A DNA stretch of 64,000 bases from Candidatus Cloacimonadota bacterium (GTDB lineage: Bacteria > Cloacimonadota > Cloacimonadia > G963667145), in assembly GCA_963667255.1 (NCBI GenBank), contig OY762940.1, positions 448,001-512,000 of the forward strand. The letters are read 5' to 3'. Position 1 is the first letter of the stretch; each line of letters starts with the position of its first letter. Positions 39,565-49,800 of the stretch are shown here, in pieces. The position numbers and the translations under genes were made by a program. The notes under the pieces were generated by a model, which was not told the DNA's origin, searched no databases, and saw only the letters and a list, made by a program, of their open reading frames with translations.

Positions 39565-40782
39565 CTAAAACAGCTTTATCGGGGGTCTTCTGCCACTGTT
39601 GTTGCTGTTGGAGAAAGATGAAGATGAGCCACTCTTGGAACTGGAAACGACTTTCAACCCTTCTTTCAATTTATCGTTTCCGTAAATTTCCGTCTTGTTT
39701 CCGTCCGAAATTCCTGTTTTGACTCTCAGAGGTTGCAATTTCCCATTGTCGTCCATATACCAGAGAACGCTCGTGCTATCCGAATTTGCACTCATTTCTT
39801 TAGGGATTTTCGGAGGTTTCCCGCTCTTGTCCATATATTTGGACAATTGCTCAGCATTGGGGCTATAATTCAGTGCGGAGTTGCTCACCAAAAAGGCATC
39901 ATTCACTTCATCAACTACAAAATCGATAGTGGCAGTCATTCCGGGCAGGAGCAGTCCAGATTCGTTGGAAGTGGTAACCACAACTGTGTAAGTTACGACA
40001 TTGGAGACAGTCTCCGGTTGCAATCGCACCTGCCTCACAGTTCCGCTAAAAGTTTCCTCGGGATAAGTCTCCACGGTGAAAGTTGCCTTCATTCCCTCTT
40101 TGATTTGTCCGATATCGCTCTCGTCCACATATGCGTAGATTTCCATCTTTACCAAATCTTCGGCAATCGTGAAAAGCGTTGGAGCTTCGAGGCTCGCAGC
40201 CACAGTTTGCCCCGCTTCAATGCTTCTTTCGATGACTTTCCCCTTTATGGGAGACTTGATGATGGAGTATTTATTTATGTCCATCTCGATGGTTTCGTAG
40301 TTAGTTTCCGCAGAGACCAAACTTGCGTAAGCAGTTTTGTAATCAACCTCAGACTCCAAAAGTTCAGACTCGGAAATCACTTTTTTCTTATATAACTCTT
40401 TGCTTGAGTTATATTTAATCTTCTTCAATCTATATTCGGCTTCGGCTCTCAGCTTTTCCGCTTTTGCACTCCGCAGACTCACTACCAATTGCGAAGTGTC
40501 CATAATCGCCAAAATCTGCCCCTTTTCCACATCGTCGTTGTAATCGGCAAAAACCGACTCAATCGTGCCAGAGAGTTCCGAGCCAACATCCACGCTGCTC
40601 ACAGCTTCCAGAGTTCCCGTGCACGACACCAAATTGCTCAAACTTCCCTTGCTGATTTGCGAAAAAACAAGCTGATTTCCCGTGTCTTTCTCTCCACCAA
40701 AACTGCAAAACCCAATAATCGCACAGATTGGGAGCAAGGCGGCAAGCCAGATTTTTTTCTTCCTCAATACTCTTTTTAACAT
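39565..40782 (-). CDS. MacA-type periplasmic adaptor (membrane fusion protein)
   Basis: VDVGSELSG, IKSPIKG, GQTVAASL.APTLF, VDESDIG, LLPGMTA. Confidence 0.93.
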   Translation of the reverse strand: MLKRVLRKKKIWLAALLPICAIIGFCSFGGEKDTGNQLVFSQISKGSLSNLVSCTGTLEAVSSVDVGSELSGTIESVFADYNDDVEKGQILAIMDTSQLVVSLRSAKAEKLRAEAEYRLKKIKYNSSKELYKKKVISESELLESEVDYKTAYASLVSAETNYETIEMDINKYSIIKSPIKGKVIERSIEAGQTVAASLEAPTLFTIAEDLVKMEIYAYVDESDIGQIKEGMKATFTVETYPEETFSGTVRQVRLQPETVSNVVTYTVVVTTSNESGLLLPGMTATIDFVVDEVNDAFLVSNSALNYSPNAEQLSKYMDKSGKPPKIPKEMSANSDSTSVLWYMDDNGKLQPLRVKTGISDGNKTEIYGNDKLKEGLKVVSSSKSGSSSSFSNSNNSGRRPPIKLF

Positions 40783-40805
40783 CAATTTATCTCCTAAGGT
40801 CGTCT

Positions 40806-40952
40806 CTAATCCAAAATTATCGAAAACTCTTTGGTCACAATGTTTTCTTCAAAATTTCCTCTTCTCTCCAGCATATCTTTCGGAGGCTCTTGTTGATTCT
40901 GTCCTTCATCCAAAAAACACAATCCCACTTTTTTTTGTGATTTGATCGTCAT
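40806..40952 (-). CDS. Possible 48-aa ORF or gene remnant upstream of the macA-like gene
   Basis: MTIKSQKKVGLCFLDEGQNQQEPPKDMLERRGNFEE...; preceded by a short MTKKLLSV* ORF; no family recognised. Confidence 0.25.
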   Translation of the reverse strand: MTIKSQKKVGLCFLDEGQNQQEPPKDMLERRGNFEENIVTKEFSIILD

Positions 40953-41156
40953 TCCTCACACAGAGAGCAGTTTTTTTGTCATAAAATTCCTTTTTTCAGC
41001 TCTATATCCCATAGAGGATTAAATTCCCTTTTTCACTCAAATTTTCCTGTTACTTCTCTTTCGTAATAGAAAATACTCTTACAGAGGGTCAGGGAATGCA
41101 TACATTTTCAACTTCTTTTATGTATGGTTATTTATATGTTTTTTGCCTTTGCTTGA

Positions 41157-41323
41157 CCAGTTGGGACTGGGGTAGGACACCAGCAGTTGCTTCTTCTAAG
41201 AGACGAGCCAAGAATAGATTCCCGTTTCCACGAGGATGAGGGGAGAGGAGCAAGAAAGTCTCTTCGTGCCTCATTCCCGCGAAAGCGGGAATCCAGTCGG
41301 GATTGGTAGGGGATACCAGCAGT
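41157..41323. repeat. Cluster of REP/dRS3-like palindromes with flanking direct repeats
   Basis: Inverted pair 41215-41241 and 41269-41305 (ATTCCCGCGAAAGCGGGAAT core); direct repeats CCAGTTGGGACTGGGGTAGGACACCAGCAGT and CCAGTCGGGATTGGTAGGGGATACCAGCAGT. Confidence 0.8.
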
Positions 41324-41362
41324 CACGGGCATGAAATTAAAAACAGCAGAAAGCACAAGCAC

Positions 41363-41395
41363 TCCTCGTTCCTAAGCACCAGCTTGGGAACGCAT
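41363..41395 (+). repeat. Second REP family, copy 1
   Basis: TCCTCGTTCCTAAGCACCAGCTTGGGAACGCAT hairpin. Confidence 0.8.
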
Positions 41396-41590
41396 ACTTT
41401 ATGGATATCCACTTGCCAAGCACAAAAACAATTAAAGGGGAAAATTAGAATTGTGCTTGGTAGACAGTGAGTATGGGGAATAGTAATAAAAGAGGTTAAA
41501 AAAGTATCCCAAAAGGATTGACTAATCGTTCAATGTATAAAGGTTCAATTGTTAAGATGTTTAGAGCCTTACAAAATTGAGGATGTTAAA

Positions 41591-41950
41591 ATGGATACAA
41601 AACAATTGAAAAGAATGAAATGGACTGCAAGAATCCTTGCACTTGCAATATTATTGTTTGGTTTGCCATTCTATTTTGGTTATGGAAATCCACTTCCATT
41701 TGCAAATCCTGAGAATAGTGTTTTTGAGAATATTTGGCTTATTGTATTTCCTTTAATGTTCATTGGACTTGGACTTGGTTGGAAATGGGAACGAATTGGT
41801 GGCTATATGATTGTTGTCCCAATAATTCTTGCTTCTGTTATAGGTTCAATATTTTCAGAAGAAATTGGGATTCCAGGACCAATGTTTTTTCCGCTAATTG
41901 TAGGAATATTATATATTATAGTTGGACATAAAAATAATAAATCAGGTTAA
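41591..41950 (+). CDS. Small 4-TM hypothetical membrane protein
   Basis: SD GAGGA, ATG 41591; GLGLGWKWERIGG; four hydrophobic segments; AT-rich. Confidence 0.75.
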   Translation: MDTKQLKRMKWTARILALAILLFGLPFYFGYGNPLPFANPENSVFENIWLIVFPLMFIGLGLGWKWERIGGYMIVVPIILASVIGSIFSEEIGIPGPMFFPLIVGILYIIVGHKNNKSG

Positions 41951-41966
41951 TTAAATTCTCCCTTTG

Positions 41967-41999
41967 TCCTTGTTCCCAAACTCCAGCTTGGGAACGCAT
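41967..41999 (+). repeat. Second REP family, copy 2
   Basis: TCCTTGTTCCCAAACTCCAGCTTGGGAACGCAT, same orientation as 41363-41395. Confidence 0.8.
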
Positions 42000-42104
42000 T
42001 CTTTAGGAAGTTGATGATTTTTTTGGCTTGGCAGATACTTAAGTAACAAAAAGAACTAACAAAAAATTTGACAAAGAACAGCCATCCGCACCAATTGATG
42101 CATA

Positions 42105-42227
42105 AATACTTCGGGGCAGGGTGAAAATCCCGACCGGCGGTGACAGTCCGCGAGCGATATCGTTGCGATAGAGCAGATTTGGCGAAATTCCAAAACCGAT
42201 AGTTAAAGTCTAGATGATAGAAGTAAT
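42105..42227 (+). ncRNA. FMN riboswitch (RFN element)
   Basis: TTCGGGGCAGGGTGAAAATCCCGACCGGCGGT-ACAGTCCGCGAG...GCAGATTTGG-GAAATTCCAAAACCGATAGTTAAAGTCTAGATG; P1 TACTTC/GAAGTA. Confidence 0.96.
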
Positions 42228-42240
42228 CTTTCGTTTTTGT

Positions 42241-42279
42241 AAACACTCGCCTCGAGGAAATTGAGGTGAGTGTTTTTTT
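42241..42279 (+). terminator. Riboswitch expression-platform terminator
   Basis: AAACACTCGCCTC...GAGGTGAGTGTTT-TTTT directly after the aptamer and before the CDS. Confidence 0.88.
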
Positions 42280-42347
42280 GTTCCCGAAGTTTTATGTTTG
42301 TAAATTTGGTTTGAAAAAATTTAATAAATATAGAAGGTAGGAACAAT

Positions 42348-43268
42348 ATGAAAAGCAAAAAAATTCAATTGATAATCGGGTGCTTGGCAATTGGTTTGGC
42401 AGCATCTATGTGGAGTATGGACGGATTATTCATTCGCCCGCAATTTTACAAATTTCCTCCGGCTTTGATTGTTTTTTGGGAGCATTTTTTAGGAGCACTA
42501 ATTATGTCCTTTTTTGCGGTAAAATATTTCCAAGATATTCGGAGCTTGCAAAAACGGGATTGGATAGCTATCGGTTGGGTTTGCCTACTCGGTGGATTTT
42601 TGGGCACATTATTCATTACCAAAGCATTTTTTGCCGCTGTTCACGGAGAAGTCTCTTTTGCCACCGTCGTTGTTTTGCAAAAACTTCAGCCAATTTTCGC
42701 CATCTTGATTGCCCGATTTTTCCTAAAAGAGAAAATGCGAAAATCTTTTTATATGTGGGCAACCATCGCCGTGATAGCCACTTATTTTATAGCGTTTGGC
42801 AAGCACGGACTGGATTGGACACACTTGGATTTCACGCATAATGCAGCTTTCTTCGCTCTAGTGGCAGCCTTTAGTTTCGGGTCGTCCACAGTCTTTGGCA
42901 AGCGAGTAGTCAGCGATTTGGACTTCAGAGCTGCGACATCGCTGAGGTTCACCATCACTTCATTAATAGCCCTCATCTATGTAATCGTCAGTGGGCAACT
43001 GGGCAGCACCGCCGGCTTCTCTTCGACCAATTGGCTTTTCTTTGGCTTGATAGTTTTCACGAGCGGAGCAGGTGCTATTTTCATCTATTACTTCGGATTA
43101 AAGAGAGTTCCGGCATCCATCGCAACCCTTTTCGAGCTCTTTTGGCCTCTGACAGCGATAGTTTTGGACTATGTATTCAATGGTAACACATTCTCACCAA
43201 AGCAATTATTAGGATGTTTTGTCCTTCTTTTGTCGCTCTTTTTCATAGTAAAAAACAGAAAAGTTTAA
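42348..43268 (+). CDS. EamA/DMT family transporter, probable riboflavin importer
   Basis: About 10 TM segments in two EamA repeats (LQKLQPIFAILIARFFLKEK; LFELFWPL); under FMN riboswitch control. Confidence 0.85.
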   Translation: MKSKKIQLIIGCLAIGLAASMWSMDGLFIRPQFYKFPPALIVFWEHFLGALIMSFFAVKYFQDIRSLQKRDWIAIGWVCLLGGFLGTLFITKAFFAAVHGEVSFATVVVLQKLQPIFAILIARFFLKEKMRKSFYMWATIAVIATYFIAFGKHGLDWTHLDFTHNAAFFALVAAFSFGSSTVFGKRVVSDLDFRAATSLRFTITSLIALIYVIVSGQLGSTAGFSSTNWLFFGLIVFTSGAGAIFIYYFGLKRVPASIATLFELFWPLTAIVLDYVFNGNTFSPKQLLGCFVLLLSLFFIVKNRKV

Positions 43269-43287
43269 AACCATCCTCAAAAATCAG

Positions 43288-43326
43288 AAAAAAGGTAGAA
43301 ATTTGTAAAATTTTCTACCTTTTTTT
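43288..43326 (+). terminator. Intrinsic terminator
   Basis: AAAAAAGGTAGAAA / TTTCTACCTTTTTT. Confidence 0.8.
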
Positions 43327-43878
43327 ATTTGCCCAAAAAAAATAAAAAAAGCTAAAAATCAAAAATTTCTTAGAAAATTCTTCTCATTAAATTCCAATAA
43401 GAAACAAAAAAACATAAAAAAGTGATATTTTTTTATTATAGCATCTATTTCTTTGCATTTCAATAAAATAACAAGATATGAACTAAAATTTGAAAAATGA
43501 AAATTTTTCCGTTTTTCAGTGAAAAAATATGTGTAGAAGTGTTCTTTATTTCCTTTTTTTTGTGTATTTTATATGTTTTTGTGGTTGATAAGTTGTGTTT
43601 TTTTTGTGCTTTTTAGTTTTCTTGAATTTTCTATTTTATTGAATTTTGGTAAAATAAGGGATGTTGGCAAAAGAGTAAAAAAAGTTTGACAAAAACTACA
43701 CAAAAGACCAGTTTGGGTAGCATAGGGGTGTTGTGTATACACGCAAAATGAAGGAAATTGAAGGAATAATGAATTTAATTGTATTGAAAATCAGTAAATT
43801 AGAAAAATATAGAAATAGTATTGAATACAAAAAAAATCGCTTTAACTTGTGCAATTTTAAAGAGAAGGAGATTTTGTG

Positions 43879-46800
43879 ATGGAAGCTTGTAGAAATTCAA
43901 GGGCTGTGAAGAGAGTTTTAATAGCTTTATGCATGCTGATGTCGCTTTTCGTCGGTTGTACCACCGTGGTAGAAGAGTCGATATCCAGCCCCGTTGCTTC
44001 GGCAACTCAAGCGGTATACGAAGACAAAATCGTTATAGAGTGGAGTAAGGTCTCGGGCGTTTCAGAATACGAAGTCTACAGGTCTTCCACAAATTCCGAC
44101 AATTTTTCGAGTGACTATAAATCTATAGGTTCTGTCACAACTACCAAATATGAGGATTCCTATTCTTCTCTTTGCCCAGGGAAAGCTTATTACTATAAAG
44201 TCCGCTCTGTAAAGGGTTCTACTAAATCTACACCGAGGAGCTCTCCCGCAGTGGGATGGTTAAAAATACCAACACTGAGTAATATATCGGTTTCCAAAGG
44301 AACGGACACAAGTAAAATAAGCCTTACTTGGAAAGTTCCAGACAGGATAAAAACAGGTGCTGAGTTAGGATTGTCGGGATATGCCGTTATTTATTATTCT
44401 GAAAATTCCAGTGATGTGACCAGTGGCAGCACTATAAACATAACTCTTGCGAGCTTAAAAAACAGCGAAGGCAAAGAAATAAAAGACAATATAAAGAAGG
44501 GGCAGGTTTATTATTTTAGAACTCAAATTTTTGTTGTGGATGAAGGAACAAAATCTTCTGAGAAAACTCCCCTTGACTCAGGATGGACAAAAGTTTCTTC
44601 TCCTGTAAATGTTTATGCTACAAAAGGGGAGTATAGTGACAAGATAATTGTGACATGGGATAAAGTTTATGGAGTATCAGGGTATAAACTCTATAGTAGT
44701 ACGGATGGAGGATCAAATTATAGTAATTTTGCAGAAGCTGCTTCAGGAACTACGGTTTTCACCAATAGATCATATTCGTGGACAGGAGCTAGTCTTGGGA
44801 CAGAGTATAGGTTTAAAGTCACTTGTGTAAAAGACAACGATGAGACAGGGATTAATAGTGGGATTGACAGTAAAGACACTAGCGGTGTATATAATAACTT
44901 GGGATATACAAAATACGAAGCCCCAACCATAATAGGAATAACCACGGACTCTGTTGACTTTGTCAGAGTAACGGTGAAAACAACAAAAGCTCCGAGCTCA
45001 GGAGAAGATTTAAAAGTCCAATTGTATAGAAGAGAACAAGGAGCTACAACAATTAAGGAGTTAAGCAATTCCGTAGGTACTGTAGTTTCTTCTGGAGGAT
45101 ATGGGATTGACACACTGGAAGATAATACAAGTAGCGGACTTATTCCAGGTAAAAAATACTACTATTGTGCTATTGTTTACAGAAATAGTAGTGGTTCTCA
45201 ATTAGGCAAATCCAATTATTCAACGGAACAAGTGGGTTGGTGTACTATTAGTGCTCCATCTTCCGTAAGTGTGACCAAGGGGTATGATACTCTTTTGGTT
45301 AAGTGGACAAAAGTTATAAATTCACAATACTATTATGTTCTTCGCAAAGAGGGCATTAATGGTTCTTGGTCAAAACTTCCGATAGTAACTGCGGATACGA
45401 CCCTAGACCAAATGTCTTTGATACAGACTAAATATGATATAGAGACAGGCAAGGTTTACTATTACAAGGTGAGGAGTAAAAACGATATAGAGTCAGCCGA
45501 TTCTAATTCTGATTCAGGCTGGATTAAGATTGCGACACCTTCAAGCTTTACCTCGAAAGGGATTTATGAGAACTATGTAGAGTTGGTATGGACAGCGGTA
45601 ACGAATGCAAAAGAATATATTCTGTCTCGAAAAATTTATGGAAGCTCGTCAGCATATGTCGCTATTGACACTGTTTCCAATGTTACGACTTATCAAGATA
45701 CAGGCTTGGCACAGGCAACACAATATTTGTATCAAATCCAAACTGTTAGTAATGTTCGTAACAGTTCTGGAGAGTATGAGAAATCCGACAAATTGACAAT
45801 CTCTTCTACAGCTAAAACTGCGTTGAAAGTTCCTGTCTTAGATTCTGTTTCAAGCAATCTATCAGACAGAATTAATATGTATTGGAAATTAGTTTCAGGA
45901 CAAACATACAAAATATATTACATGGATGTGAACGGAGGCTGGGTAAACATAGGGACATCAACGGACTCTACGATAATCCTTACTCCTGCCGGAAATTCTT
46001 TGGTGTATGGTAGAGTTTATACATTTGCTATTACGACAACGAAAGGAGATGCCTGGGGAGAATCTGACAAGAGCAATCCTCTTGAAGGATATATGAGACT
46101 CGACTCTGCTTACAATTTGAGTGCGACAAGAGACGAATATTCTGATAGGATTAATCTTACATGGAAATCGGTTGCTAATACCGGAGCTACAGAATACTAT
46201 GTGTATAGGACGACTACAACAGAAAGTGCGAACTTCACTTATCTTGCCAAGGTTGACACTAACAGTAGCACAGAGCACTCTTATAGCGACCAATCTAGTT
46301 CATTGGATGGTGACGCTAAATATTTGTATAAAGTTAGGACCTTCAGGTCTGATTTTAATACTAAACAACCTAACGATATAAGATATTCTAATGTGGATAC
46401 AGGATGGCTGATGATACAGCCCCCCACATTCACAAGAGCTAGCATAGGGACATCATCGGACACCATAAGTCTTTTCTTTGCAAAAAACAGCAGTGGCAAG
46501 TATAACATCTATTACAAGACGAATAGTAACGGAACTGCAACATTGTTCAAAACGATAACAGATTCTGTAACTAAAAGCTTGGGTTCTAATAATTTGCAGT
46601 ATAATTTGGGAGCTTACAAAACATCTACAGCTACCTCCAATGTGATAAATGTTGATACAGGGCAAGTTTTGTATTTTGCTATGACAACAGTTGGGACAAG
46701 TCGTGAATCAGGAAAAACCCCTTTTAAACCCGGGTTTACCAAATTGCCTACACCTACTTTCAATACGGGAGCGACAAAAGGTTCTATAAGCAAAATAGAT

Positions 46801-49800
46801 ATAGGGTGGAATAAAATAACAGCAGGGGAAGACAATATCTCTTATCAAATGATAAGGACGACAACTCAAAACGAAGATACAACTTTTAGTGTTAGCAATA
46901 ATGGAACTTGCACAGATATCAGCAATTTAAGAGAAGGATTTAAGTATACCTATAGAGTTCAGGCTATAAATGCGACAGCTCAGACACAAGCCGCTGCAAC
47001 TTACGGGTCAAGCACGGATTTGTCAGGAACAAAATCTTTATGGTCAGATACTACTACAGGTTATAGCAAGTTGCTTCCGGTAAATAATTTTATGGCTACC
47101 GGACCTAACGGGACTTCTGTGGAGGACAAGGTTACTCTCACATGGACAAACAAAGGGGCACGGATATATTGTTCTGTTTTGAGGTCTGAGCAATCTACGA
47201 TAAAGTGGGATACTATCTATTCAGGATTGGTAAATGTGGGCACATATCCCGATGCTACGGCAGCAGACAATGTCTTATACTATTATAAATTGAGAATAGC
47301 CAGTGAAGACTATCCGACAATTTTTGCCACATGTGACAGTGTTTCGGGTTATGTAAAACCTTCTCCACCAAAAAATGTGGACGCTTCAAAAGCTGCATAT
47401 TTATCTAAGATAGTTGTATCTTGGAGTAAGGTTGGCTTAGCTTCTTCTTATCAGATTTGTCGTTATACGGAATCCAACGATTCTGTAGTCCTTACCAAGG
47501 ATATTTCAGAATTAACGACTACTAACGACACGGTATTCTTTAGCGATGACCAAGTAGAGAAAGGAAATTATTATACATATAAAGTAAGGGGTATCCTTTC
47601 TGACAATAGTCAAACGGAATACAGTGACATTACCACAACCTACAAAAAAGAGAAAGCTACTGGTTATACTAAAATACCGGCGATAACAAATATAGTTGCG
47701 ACAGATGGGAAATACGAAGACAGCGTTATAGTTACTTGGGACTCTCTCCCTGTGGCAGAAACGTATTTGGTGCAAAGGTCAAAAGTCGGCGGCACGAGTT
47801 CTTCCGATACGATACAACAGACAGTTACCACCAATAGACTGGTCGACAAAAAAGGCGGAACATTTATAGATGGTAAGAAATATGAATATCGTGTGGCCGC
47901 ACAAAAAGGGACAAATCTGTCAAATGATTGGAAGGCTTTGTATGATGTAGGGTATCTGTGGTTATCAGGTCCTACCGGAGTGGCTGCAACTAAAGATTTG
48001 CAAGACACTATAGTTATAACTTGGGATTTTTTAACTACCGTATCCGATGTTACGGAATACCAAGTATGGGAACAAGCAAGAGAAGATGGAGCTACGGATA
48101 CTGAACTTAAGGCGGGGCTGTCTTCCACAACAAAAAGATGGGTTTATACAGTTCCTACCAATGATAAAGGAGCAATTCTAAAGTTCTATGTTAAAGCAGT
48201 TAGCACCGCTTTTGGAACGAGTGCAAAGAGTGCAGTAGCTTCCGGATATACCAGATTGGATACAATTACCAAATTTACAGCTTCCGGCAGTTCTACAGAG
48301 AGATCTATAAATCTTTCTTGGATTTCTTCCAACAATTCGGACAGCACAGTCTTGTATAGAAAGAGCGGTTCTTCGTGGGTTAATTTTGCTACTTTGCCCT
48401 CTAATACGATTAGTTGCAAAGATACCAATTTGGTAGTTGGGAAAAGATATTATTATAGAGCACAAGCCAAGAGAAGTGATGCTACAACAGGAACCACAAT
48501 TTATTCTCCATATGTTTATGCAGACACTTTACTGACTATACCAACTATAGCTTTCGATACTATTACCAAGGGAGATTATCTTTCTTATGTGAAACTTACT
48601 TGGAAGGGATTGGCATCCGGAGATGAACTCAGATTCCAAATTTTTGTGTATTCCAATGTCACTGACTATAATAGTGGGAATAATGTTTATGATACTCTGG
48701 CTGTCGAGGAGAACGGTAAAACTTATTATGAATTTAAGCATAGCTCTGTTACGGCTTCGAGCGGAAAATTCTTAACAGGGACAAAGTATTATTACAAAAT
48801 CAGAACACAGACGACATCCGGTGGAGTATGGTCTTCTTTGACTTTGCCAGTGACAGGGAAACCGTATTATGGATGGACAAAAACACCGTCTCCGACAATA
48901 AAAAGTGTCAGTAAAGATTCTGTAGGAGCTATTTATCTAAAATGGAAAGCAAATAGTTCGGCAACTAAGTTTCAAGTATTCAGAAACTTCACCTATCCTG
49001 GTAAAGAAGAGACATTGAATATTTCGGTTAATGATACGGCATTAAGAGATGTTGAGAAATTGTTCACAGGGCACGAATATAGCTATAAGATTAGAGCAAT
49101 TAACGAAAGTTGTGAAAATGATACTTCGGAATGGACTTCCTCAGTGATAGGAATAGCTAAACTCTTGTCTCCGGAAGATGTGTCGGTTACCAAAGGAACA
49201 GTCGTAGACACCATAGTGGTCACTTGGAGAATGCCTAAGAATATTTCGGACCAAAGCTATGGAGCTACAAAATATACCGTTTACAAGAGCGAGACAAAAG
49301 ATGCCAGTAGTATGTCATATGTGGGAGACACTACGCTGAAAGATTGGAACTCAAGCAATAATAGCACAGTTTCGTTTAGAGATGTATTGAGCAGCAAAGA
49401 ACTTGGGAAGTTGTATTACTACGGGCTGAAAGCTGCCGTGGGAGCAGAAGTTTCAGGGTTTAGTGCGTTTGACTCCGGATGGGCTAAGATCCCGGCACCT
49501 ACTTTCACTGCCTACACTGCCCAAAGTGGGGGATATAATCTAAAGTCAGACAGTATCAGAATAACTTGGAGTGACCCTTGCTCGTTGAACAATCCCAGCA
49601 CAACTTATGAATTAGAGTATAAGATAGGAGATGCTGTTGGAATTACTGTCTCTAATATTCCAGCTGCCACAAAAGACACGACATGGTTTGTAGATACTCT
49701 TAATCGCTACAAAAAGACGACAATAAGAATTCGTTCCAAGAGAAGCACATTTGGTGAATCCGTTTGGTCTGAATGGATAGAAACTTATACAGCAATGCCG

